From NCBI GenBank assembly GCA_030697505.1, contig JAUYPX010000039.1:1-62740 (forward strand): a DNA stretch of 62,740 nt. Direction: 5' to 3'. Source of the stretch: Nanobdellota archaeon. GTDB taxonomy: Archaea > Nanobdellota > Nanobdellia > Woesearchaeales > GW2011-AR9. The notes beneath the pieces were generated by a model, which was not told the DNA's origin, ran no database searches, and saw only the letters and a program-made list of their open reading frames with translations. Position numbers and translations under genes: made by a program. Positions 8,646 to 16,010 of the stretch are shown here, piece after piece; position 1 is the stretch's first letter, and each line of letters opens with the position of its first letter.

Positions 8646-8807
8646 ATGGCTAAATGCAGCATCTGCGGCAGCAAGATAGCGGAACTAATCCTGGAAAAAA
8701 TCAAAGGTACGGTAGTCAGGAAACCAGGTTCCAGCAAGCAATATCCGGTCTGTTTCGAGTGTCAGAAGAAATTTCCAACGAAAGAAGAGTTGCTGCAAAA
8801 ATTGTGA
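8646..8807 (+). CDS. 53-aa zinc-ribbon protein (CxxC...CxxC)
   Basis: Manual translation gives MAKCSICGSKIAELILEKIKGTVVRKPGSSKQYPVCFECQKKFPTKEELLQKL. Below the track size cutoff. Confidence 0.45.
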   Translation: MAKCSICGSKIAELILEKIKGTVVRKPGSSKQYPVCFECQKKFPTKEELLQKL

Positions 8808-8810
8808 GTT

Positions 8811-8830
8811 TCGCCCTTATAGCTCAACGG
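8811..8830 (+). other. Exact 20-nt duplicate of the 5' end of tRNA-Thr (acceptor 5' strand, D stem 5' strand and part of the D loop)
   Basis: TCGCCCTTATAGCTCAACGG at 8811-8830 is identical to 9100-9119. Confidence 0.9.
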
Positions 8831-9049
8831 GAAATGTCACGCCACGTGAAAACTGAAAGAATATCAGTTTTCTGTGCACGAAAACCAACAACGATTTGTT
8901 TTCGGCACTGAAATGAGATATTTTTCTCATTTCATGTGCAGAAATGTGATAGTTTTCGCATTTCTTGCATTTCCAAGGCGAGTGCGCTTCACACTCGAAG
9001 GGACAACGATCCCTTCGGTGTACCGATGGGATGATATCCCATCCAGTAC
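8830..9049 (+). ncRNA. Multi-hairpin structured RNA module, copy A (alpha, beta, gamma hairpins plus 3 further hairpins)
   Basis: Closing stem GGAAATG 8830-36 / CATTTCC 8968-74 encloses four hairpins. They are GAAAACTGA-aagaata-TCAGTTTTC (8848-72), GAAAACCAA-CAACGA-TTTGTTTTC (8880-8903), TGAAATGAGA-TATTTT-TCTCATTTCA (8909-34) and GAAATGTG-ATAGTTTT-CGCATTTC (8941-64). Three more follow: CGAGTG/CACTCG (8979-97), GAAGGGA-CAACGA-TCCCTTC (8997-9016) and GTAC..GATGGGA-tgata-TCCCATC..GTAC (9020-49). Confidence 0.6.
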
Positions 9050-9101
9050 TTCGTTCAGCAGCACAACAAATAAAAATAAACACATTTTTGTAACAATTAT
9101 C

Positions 9102-9193
9102 GCCCTTATAGCTCAACGGCAGAGCGACTGCTTCGTATATGCGTAATGCGTCAAAAGAGCAGTAGGCTGAGGGTTCAAATCCCTCTAAGGGCT
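9102..9193 (+). tRNA. tRNA-Thr(CGU) with a 20-nt intron at the canonical 37/38 position
   Basis: Acceptor GCCCTTA/TAAGGGC 7/7. D stem GCTC/GAGC, D loop AACGGCA. Anticodon stem ACTGC (9127-31)/GCAGT (9159-63). Loop TTCGTA + intron 9138-9157 + A. Variable AGGCT. T arm GAGGG-TTCAAAT-CCCTC. An AT-rich TATA-like box lies about 27 nt upstream (9070-9080). I could not draw a clean BHB by hand. Confidence 0.85.
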
Positions 9194-9195
9194 TT

Positions 9196-9284
9196 ACTTT
9201 CATCGTGAGGTCGAACGTAGAGAGTACCTCACTTGAGAACGATTCGCCTAGTGTAACTGGCGTTCAAATCCCTCTAAGGGCTTT
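9196..9284 (+). other. 66-nt element homologous to the tRNA-Phe T-loop intron, followed by an exact 23-nt duplicate of the tRNA-Thr 3' end
   Basis: GTTCAAATCCCTCTAAGGGCTTT at 9262-9284 is identical to 9173-9195. The intervening sequence contains TCGTGAGG-T-CGAACG-TA-GAGAG, compared with TCGTGAGG-AAA-CGAACG-A-GAG in 41974-42020. Confidence 0.75.
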
Positions 9285-10342
9285 TATTTTCTTCTCTCCA
9301 ATTTCCTAAAATACTGCTTTGCTTTCGGCAATATTTTCTTCTTCAGTTCTTCATCAAAGGGCAGTCCTTCTACTAATTTTTGAACATCTACTTCTGACAA
9401 CTCTGTAAAATTTCCCTCTAGTTTTCTGCCCGCTTTTTTGCATCCTTCTTCCAGCTCTTGCGCATATTGAGAATTAAAATCTAAAAAAACCATAAACCTG
9501 CTGAAGCCATTCGCTCCGGCGCGCAAATATAGTTCTACCTCTTGCACTCTCTCTTGAACTAAAGCGACTTTGATCTGTACTTCTGGACAAGCAATCCTGA
9601 TCTTAGCGATCCACCAAGCCATATAATCTGGATTCGGCGGCGGAACTTTATCGAACACCGTATTCTCCTGCGGCTTGAGAAAACATAACTGCACTTTTTC
9701 GATATTATATTCTTTTATTTTTTCGATGACTATGTCTACATCTTCCTTTCGTTCACCGATCCCTAAAATAATAGTTATCAGTTTTTGCAATCCTTGCTCC
9801 TGCAAATTCTCTAAAAATTTCATCAATGATCGTAATGGTTTAGAAGGGCAGATAAAATTGTGCAATTCTTCGTCAAAAGATTCAATCGCTGAACCCATTC
9901 CAGAAACGTATGGTTTGAGTTTGATGATTTCGCTTTTTGCGTAAGGTCCGAAGTTCATCATAATTTTTTCGCCGGTAATCACATTTATTTTACTGATAAG
10001 ATCAATCAGATAATCAGTAGACTCTACTCGCAAGCCTCCGGTGATGTAACCTACTTTCCAGCCCATGGCCTTGCACACTAACACTTCAGCAAGTATTGAG
10101 GCGGGGCTGCGGATTGCGGTCGGTTTTTCCCTGGGCTCATGCTTTGGTCTTGTAGACAAAAAACAATATTTGCAATCGGCAATGCTGCAGGTCCAATTGA
10201 TGAAGATGGAGCGTTCAAAATAGGCCGTAGATGGAAAATGCTTCTGGTAGATTTTTCCAGCTTCTGGCAGCAAGGCAGCCAATTCCTTTTTGCGTACAGT
10301 ATGGGTGCGATTATTCTCTGTAATCTGGGTTAAAAAATCCAT
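9284..10342 (-). CDS. Radical SAM protein, biotin-synthase-related (BioB/COG2516-like)
   Basis: Cys cluster CSIADCKYC (C-x4-C-x2-C as translated in the track). GYITGG SAM-binding-like motif. TIM-barrel-sized. Confidence 0.6.
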   Translation of the reverse strand: MDFLTQITENNRTHTVRKKELAALLPEAGKIYQKHFPSTAYFERSIFINWTCSIADCKYCFLSTRPKHEPREKPTAIRSPASILAEVLVCKAMGWKVGYITGGLRVESTDYLIDLISKINVITGEKIMMNFGPYAKSEIIKLKPYVSGMGSAIESFDEELHNFICPSKPLRSLMKFLENLQEQGLQKLITIILGIGERKEDVDIVIEKIKEYNIEKVQLCFLKPQENTVFDKVPPPNPDYMAWWIAKIRIACPEVQIKVALVQERVQEVELYLRAGANGFSRFMVFLDFNSQYAQELEEGCKKAGRKLEGNFTELSEVDVQKLVEGLPFDEELKKKILPKAKQYFRKLERRK

Positions 10343-10409
10343 GTATTTCGGTCTTGCAACTGTTTTAAAAATCTATCTCTACAAATCGTTATTAAGCGTT
10401 TCTGTTTAT

Positions 10410-10540
10410 GGAACACGAAAACAAACGACAATTTGTTTTCGGTTCTGAAATGTGGTAGTTTCAAGAAATGTGAAAAATATCCCATTTCTGAACTGAAAAT
10501 TTGATCTTTGTCAATTTTCATGTTCCGCATTTCATGAACA
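10410..10540 (+). ncRNA. Multi-hairpin structured RNA module, copy B (intergenic, no tRNA sequence nearby)
   Basis: GAAC..GAAAACAAA-CGACAA-TTTGTTTTC..GTTC (10411-45). TGAAATG (10446-52)/CATTTCA (10528-34) closes a domain with TAGTTT at 10456-61. That domain encloses GAAATG...CATTTC (10465-88) and TGAAAATT...AATTTTCA (10494-10520). Confidence 0.5.
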
Positions 10541-10583
10541 GAATTCGGAAAGATTATTAAATAGCTCTTCTGAAATAAGGCAA

Positions 10584-11333
10584 ATGGCGGTCAAAGCGGC
10601 AAAAGCGGTAGAGAAAGAGCTGGAACAGCAGCAACAGCAAGAGATCTCTTTACTCACGGAAAATGATCTCCACGATTCAGCGCAACAGAATGACAGTAGA
10701 AGTGTCCTTATCTTAATCGGAGTTTTAGTTGCCATCTTCGTGGTTGCTATAGCCGGCTTTAAAGCCTACAACCACTTTACTGCCGCCGGCGTGGTGGTCA
10801 TCGATGATCTTCATGAAAAGAATCTGGAAGGTAAATTAGACAGCGACGAAGGATATGTGTATAATGGCTACAGCTTTGTCAACGCTGACGGCTTATGGTG
10901 GACCTCGGTGGAAGTTAAAGACCGGATCATCAAGATTCCTCTCCATTATGGCCCTAAAGAGGTAGAGCATATTCCAGTTATCGGAAAACTCACTCCTGAA
11001 TTTAATGAAGGAGAAAAAGTGTATGTCTCTATAGATCCTAAGGTAAATTACGATAAATATTATACCCTGGGCTTGATGGAGCTCAATACAAATATTCTTC
11101 AAGGAATCAATAGAAAGATTGAGGCAGCCTGTTCTGAAGAGCATCAAGTCTGTGAAAATAGGACCATCATAAATTGCGAGAGCGCTGCTGGTCGACCGGT
11201 GGTCCAGTTATCTGTAGCTGATGCCTCCAGCGTCACCTTGAAAGGCACCTGCATCGATATCCGCGGAAACGGAGAAGACTTAGTCAAATCAGTCGACCTG
11301 GCGCTGTATGTCTGGTATAAGGTCTTTGGGTAG
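10584..11333 (+). CDS. Membrane-anchored hypothetical protein (N-terminal Gln/Glu-rich segment, one TM, extracytoplasmic domain)
   Basis: TM segment VLILIGVLVAIFVVAIAGF. No recognised family. Confidence 0.5.
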   Translation: MAVKAAKAVEKELEQQQQQEISLLTENDLHDSAQQNDSRSVLILIGVLVAIFVVAIAGFKAYNHFTAAGVVVIDDLHEKNLEGKLDSDEGYVYNGYSFVNADGLWWTSVEVKDRIIKIPLHYGPKEVEHIPVIGKLTPEFNEGEKVYVSIDPKVNYDKYYTLGLMELNTNILQGINRKIEAACSEEHQVCENRTIINCESAAGRPVVQLSVADASSVTLKGTCIDIRGNGEDLVKSVDLALYVWYKVFG

Positions 11334-11347
11334 ATTTATATATTTTT

Positions 11348-11508
11348 AAATCAAAAAAGCAGAAATCCCTAACATTTATGTTTAGGGATGAATGCGAGTG
11401 AATGCTCGCATGGATTTCGCTATTTTTGATTTTAGAAAATCTGTCTCGGAAAAGCGGCGTAAATCCCCACCCTTTAGGGCTGGGGATAGCTGCTTTTCAG
11501 GATTTTCT
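11348..11508 (+). ncRNA. Two adjacent compound hairpins upstream of the 1301-aa gene (Y-shaped 85-nt element plus rod-like 74-nt hairpin)
   Basis: AAATCAAAAA..GAAATCC (11348-68) pairs with GGATTTC..TTTTTGATTT (11412-32) and encloses TCCCTAA/TTAGGGA and ATGCGAG/CTCGCAT. Then AGAAAATC (11435-42)/GATTTTCT (11501-08) has inner pairs AAAAGC/GCTTTT and TCCCCA/TGGGGA. Strand not established. Confidence 0.4.
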
Positions 11509-11626
11509 TTAAATTCGAAAATAATTCACAATCACTATATTAATCGCTCATCACTTATCAATTTCCTTTTAGTATCTATTATGGTCAGAAGATAAGCTTA
11601 AATAGTCTTTTTTCTTTCAGTAGCAG

Positions 11627-14600
11627 ATGAGGTGGATAGGTCGTTTTGGTGTGCTGCTGCTCTTTATTTCTTTGTTTATAGTTTCTTGTGACAGCTCTTT
11701 GCCTTCGGAATCAGAAGCCCTACCGGATGGATCTTCTTCCATCGTAGCAAGGCTGGTCCTCCCTCAGGATCCAGATTTACCCGGGCAAGGAGATTCATCT
11801 CCCAGCATTGCCGGACGGGCTTTTTATGCCGCTTTAACTGAAGCAGGATACGCTGAGCCAACGAATGTGGCCATCAATAAGGACGTACTTACCAAAGGGG
11901 AGCCGCTCATAATCACTGTTTCCGGGGAAGATTTTGTGTACAAGCATTATTATATTTCTGTCAATGGGCAATGGCAGAAACAAACTTTTCCTGATGCGGC
12001 CATAGGAAATTCAAATTGGATCGCTTCTTCTGCCAGCGCATCATTGTCCACAGAACAATTGCCAGAAGGAGATAATTATGTAATTGCGTATTCTTGCAGC
12101 GAGACCAGCAATGGTTTTGATTGCCATGATAACAGATGGCAGATCCATCAATTCCAAGTAGGGGATAAGAAGGAAGAAGAATTTCCCTTGCCCGTCCCAG
12201 ATCCGCAATGCGGCAGCGACCAAGAATGTCCCTTGTATTATGTTTGTAAAGACAATAAATGCGTGCCTAAACCGCCGCAGCAACAGCCTCTAAAAGAGCC
12301 AGAACCAGCAGAATTTTTTGTCGGCCCTCTTGCCGGCTGGAAGGATGTGAAGAAAGATTATGGAGCGGTCGGCGATGGAATAGCTGACGATACCGACAAG
12401 CTGCAGGCAGCCTTGAACGATTTGCAGCAGATGAAATATTTAGTGTTATACATCCCTGCAGGAACATATAGGATCACCAAGACCTTAACGCTTCCCCGCG
12501 ATGCTCAAGGCTGGCCTCTAGAGGTAAGAATAGTAGGTGAAGATCCAGCTACAACTAAAATTGTGTGGGATGGCCCACAAGGCGACTCAATGTTTTTCTA
12601 CAATCCTTATTATGGCTCGTTAGCAAGGTTAACCTTTGATGGCAAAGGAAAAGCGGGAAAAATAATTGAAAATGGCCCTAAATTTAATTATTTTGGCGAA
12701 TATGTTGATGTGGTGTTCCAGGATGCAGGGATCTGTTTGGAGGGAGGAAACTATAGCAGAGAAGGTATTAATTCTAAAATATTTCATTCTACCTTCTTAC
12801 GCTGCAGCATAGCAGGCGTTTTGATCTCTAATTGGAATTCTCTGCAATGGGAAATTTACGACTCCTATTTTAAGGATAATTTTGTAGCGGTTACGACGGG
12901 CAATTTCGTTCCCTACAATGCTCCAAACGTCGGGTCAAATTTACTTCAAGGCGCGGGAAATTTTCATGTATATCAAAGTACGTTCATCAATTCGACCCTC
13001 GCCGATATTTATCACGGAGCTTCTATATTCACCAGTATTCGTGACAGCGTCTCTATCGGCTCTAATGCCTTTTATTTATCTACCGTAAGCAGCTCAACCG
13101 GCATTCTGACTTTACAGAGAAATACTATCATTGACCCGCAAGGAGGCGTAGTAGTTGGCGCTGCTGGCGATAGTTGTAAAAACTCTATCATCTGCATTGG
13201 GAATAGAGGTCCTCTGCTGCTGCTGGATAATGTGATCCGTACCCGCCAGAATTACTCAGGAACGATTGTGATGGGCGGAGGAGTTCCATCAGCAATAATT
13301 TCCATTGGAAATACATATAGCCTTAACAATTGGTTTGGTGGATTTCTGGATATCCCTCAGTTTGGAAAAGGTAAATTTCGCAGTATCAATGACAAAATAG
13401 TAGATCGTTCTGCCATAGCAGATGTTGCGCCAAAACTTCCGGTTGCCCCTCCCAAGAAAGATGTCCCGATACTAGAAGTTCCCGTCGGAGCAGATACTGC
13501 AGCTATCCAAAAAGCGATCAATGACGCGCTCCAGTTTAGCGGTAAAAAACCGATAGTGCATCTTCCTGCAGGCACCTATTTTATAGATAAAACCTTGATC
13601 ATCCCGCCTAATGCTGATCTACAGCTGACCGGTGATGCCATGGTCCAAGGCACCAAGCTAGTCTGGATAGGAAAGAACAATAAAGGCCCGATACTGCGTA
13701 TTGACGGGCCAAGCAAAGCATCTGTGCATGAGTTAAGCCTTGATGGCAATAAGGCAATAGGCGTTATTGATGGAATCATGATTATTGGAGATCAACCAGG
13801 TGCACGCATTAGAACCAGCGTAACCACCGCTCCGTATAGAAATAAAGTATGTTACCTGATTGATAAACTTCAGAATACGGCAGTCGAGTTGTTAAGTTCT
13901 TCCTATTCTGGAGCTGTCGGGCTGCAAGTTCATGATAGCGCCATGGTCTTTGGTACTGGAGAAGCAGGCAGTTCCGCCAGTCCTGGAGGTCCTCCTCCTA
14001 TTCCCGCAGCCGGTCTGGATGTTCCAAATTATGATCAGGACGATGTAACCTTCGATATCGAAAATTCTAATGTCTTGATTAGAGATAACTGGGCTGAAAG
14101 CCGCCCCTGGCTGCTGCCAAAACATGTCCGTCTTAAAGGAAAAACGACATTTACGCTTCATAGTTTCATAAGCGATCATCCGCGCTCAATCCGCCCTGAA
14201 AATGTCACTTTCCTGATTGATGCTATTGATGGTAAAGCCTCATTCATCGGCGGGATTATTGGCGCAACTGTCATCGCCTGGCCCAAAGAAGAAATTGTGC
14301 CCGGAATAACTGTTCCTGATTCACTGGTGGAAGTCGGAGATCCAGGGTTAGATTCTGCGCCGGCAATTCTGGTGCAGGGAAATAATCCTAATACTAAAGT
14401 TGCAGTTATTGGCGCTTCAGGAAAAGGTTTACAGTATTTCAAAAGCATTTCCCCGGTTGCGCAAGTAGGCCAGATTTTTTCCTACCTCCTACAACCACTA
14501 GAAAACGCTCCTGAAAAAGTTGTCGCTTCTCTTGATGATTCTGGAAAAACCGATGACCAATTCTTATTAGATATGTTTGAACAGACCAGAAAATATGGTC

Positions 14601-15532
14601 CCATCTCATACAAACCAACCCCTGCAGGGGTTGGCGATGTCTTCTTGCAGCGAGTGCAGGTTGATTATACTCAGCATGCCTTTTCGTTTATCGCTAATCT
14701 CTGCGGCGATGGGCAAGTTACTGGTAAAGAAGTCTGTGATGGTGGTTCAGCTGGGAAATGTATGTATGGTGCACAGTCATGTCAAGTCTGTTCTGCACAA
14801 TGCGATGGAATCACTGCAGGAAAAACGTCGTACTGTGGTGATAACATGTGCGATCTACTGCATGAATCTACTGCAAGCTGTGCACAAGACTGCGGTAATG
14901 CTTGTCCCACAAATAACCTGGTTAGTTGGTGGCCTGCTGACGGTAATGCTAAGGACCTGATCAGCGGTAATGATGGAGAATTAAAAGTAAATGCTGCCTT
15001 TACATCCGGAGAAGTAGGCCAAGCTTTCAGTTTGACCAGCAGCAATGATGCTATAGATATGGGCGATCCATTTGATGGAAGCTTAAATTTTGGTACGAGC
15101 GATTTCACCATCGCCTTCTGGGGAAAATCACTTAGTCCGGGTGCAGTATTATCAAAAGGATGCCCGTCTTGCGAAGGAGGCGTAGGCTATGCTGTCCAAG
15201 CAGGGAATGATGGTGTATATTTCCTTGTTAATGGGGCTGGAGATACATGGACAACTACTGCAGTTCCAAATGATATGAGCCAGTGGCATCATTACGTAGG
15301 AGTATTTAATCGCAAGAGCAGTCAACTTCTGCTGTATCTTGATGGTCAGTCCAAGGCGACTGCAAGTCTTGCCAACATCGTACATTCTGTTGATAATAAT
15401 GTTGCGTTCAAGCTCGGACCAATCAGCAATGGAGCATCTGTTGATGAGCTGATGGCCTGGCGCAGGGCTTTGACGGCGCAGGAAGTAAATAATATTTACG
15501 GTGCGGGAAGCAAGGGCATGTGCAAGCCTTAG
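11627..15532 (+). CDS. Giant secreted (lipobox-bearing) protein: two pectate-lyase-3/right-handed beta-helix modules, a Cys-rich module and a C-terminal LamG domain
   Basis: Signal peptide ending in FIVSC. DYGAVGDGIADDTDKLQAALN and GADTAAIQKAINDA..VHLPAGTYFIDKTLIIP are Pectate_lyase_3-like openings. Cys-rich block CGDGQVTGKEVCDGG...CGDNMCD...CAQDCGNAC. C terminus LVSWWPADGNAKDLISGNDGEL...VDELMAWRRALTAQEVNNIY is a LamG motif. Confidence 0.8.
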   Translation: MRWIGRFGVLLLFISLFIVSCDSSLPSESEALPDGSSSIVARLVLPQDPDLPGQGDSSPSIAGRAFYAALTEAGYAEPTNVAINKDVLTKGEPLIITVSGEDFVYKHYYISVNGQWQKQTFPDAAIGNSNWIASSASASLSTEQLPEGDNYVIAYSCSETSNGFDCHDNRWQIHQFQVGDKKEEEFPLPVPDPQCGSDQECPLYYVCKDNKCVPKPPQQQPLKEPEPAEFFVGPLAGWKDVKKDYGAVGDGIADDTDKLQAALNDLQQMKYLVLYIPAGTYRITKTLTLPRDAQGWPLEVRIVGEDPATTKIVWDGPQGDSMFFYNPYYGSLARLTFDGKGKAGKIIENGPKFNYFGEYVDVVFQDAGICLEGGNYSREGINSKIFHSTFLRCSIAGVLISNWNSLQWEIYDSYFKDNFVAVTTGNFVPYNAPNVGSNLLQGAGNFHVYQSTFINSTLADIYHGASIFTSIRDSVSIGSNAFYLSTVSSSTGILTLQRNTIIDPQGGVVVGAAGDSCKNSIICIGNRGPLLLLDNVIRTRQNYSGTIVMGGGVPSAIISIGNTYSLNNWFGGFLDIPQFGKGKFRSINDKIVDRSAIADVAPKLPVAPPKKDVPILEVPVGADTAAIQKAINDALQFSGKKPIVHLPAGTYFIDKTLIIPPNADLQLTGDAMVQGTKLVWIGKNNKGPILRIDGPSKASVHELSLDGNKAIGVIDGIMIIGDQPGARIRTSVTTAPYRNKVCYLIDKLQNTAVELLSSSYSGAVGLQVHDSAMVFGTGEAGSSASPGGPPPIPAAGLDVPNYDQDDVTFDIENSNVLIRDNWAESRPWLLPKHVRLKGKTTFTLHSFISDHPRSIRPENVTFLIDAIDGKASFIGGIIGATVIAWPKEEIVPGITVPDSLVEVGDPGLDSAPAILVQGNNPNTKVAVIGASGKGLQYFKSISPVAQVGQIFSYLLQPLENAPEKVVASLDDSGKTDDQFLLDMFEQTRKYGPISYKPTPAGVGDVFLQRVQVDYTQHAFSFIANLCGDGQVTGKEVCDGGSAGKCMYGAQSCQVCSAQCDGITAGKTSYCGDNMCDLLHESTASCAQDCGNACPTNNLVSWWPADGNAKDLISGNDGELKVNAAFTSGEVGQAFSLTSSNDAIDMGDPFDGSLNFGTSDFTIAFWGKSLSPGAVLSKGCPSCEGGVGYAVQAGNDGVYFLVNGAGDTWTTTAVPNDMSQWHHYVGVFNRKSSQLLLYLDGQSKATASLANIVHSVDNNVAFKLGPISNGASVDELMAWRRALTAQEVNNIYGAGSKGMCKP

Positions 15533-15539
15533 TTTGTAA

Positions 15540-15914
15540 TCATTTATTCAAACCCAGAACTTCTACATTATTTCTGTTGACCGCTATAAGTCTAAAATTT
15601 AATCCTAATTGCAGCACTGCTTCGAGGAGGGCCATATGTTCTCTTCCTGAGCCGGAAGCAAAATTCAAGGCCACTTCAAAATCAGCAATCTTGTCTTTCA
15701 ATTGTTTCTTGATCTGTTCGGTGATGATAGTGGTAGGAGTATCCGGAAAACTATCTACTAACACTAATTCAGTAGTCTTTCCCGGAGTGTAATTGTCTTT
15801 TCCAAATTGATTGGTGATCAGAAATACTTTATTCCATTCCTGGCTTTGGATAATTTTACTTACTTCGCTCCAAGTACCTTTTCCGGTAGAGAGGCAAGCG
15901 ATTAAAGTAGGCAT
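15540..15914 (-). CDS. Hypothetical protein, small Rossmann-like (STGKGTW / ASGSGREHMALL motifs)
   Basis: Clean 124-aa ORF. Family not recognised. Confidence 0.45.
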   Translation of the reverse strand: MPTLIACLSTGKGTWSEVSKIIQSQEWNKVFLITNQFGKDNYTPGKTTELVLVDSFPDTPTTIITEQIKKQLKDKIADFEVALNFASGSGREHMALLEAVLQLGLNFRLIAVNRNNVEVLGLNK

Positions 15915-16010
15915 GAATGAAAGATTTTCAGCGGGGCTTTAAATGTTTTCGTGTGCTTTAGTAGATAAATGAGTCGAAAAACATATTAATCCTAGAATAA
16001 TAATCATTCC

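Noticed and set aside
8848-8964. Interpretation of the alpha/beta hairpins as K-turn or box C/D units (CUGA at hairpin bases, UGAUAG in the beta loop)
   Set aside because: The 3' strands lack the GA needed for tandem sheared G-A pairs. UGAUAG departs from UGAUGA at the critical second GA. Spacing does not fit C/D' or C'/D architecture.
8830-9049. CRISPR array as an explanation for the clustered palindromes (also at 10410-10540, 41786-41909 and 50965-51203)
   Set aside because: There are no constant-length direct repeats separated by unique spacers. The recurring units are inverted repeats with variable stems and conserved loops.
8654-9203. ORFs 8654-8911 (+), 8817-9203 (-) and 8874-9146 (+)
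   Set aside because: They run through the hairpin module and the tRNA-Thr gene and have low-complexity, Cys/Phe-rich translations typical of palindromic DNA. The real small CDS here is the Zn-ribbon ORF at 8646-8807 in another frame.
10330-10735. ORFs 10330-10530 (-) and 10532-10735 (-)
   Set aside because: The first is made of hairpin module B. The second is antisense to the 5' end of the 10584 gene and encodes CCCCC/SSS low-complexity sequence.
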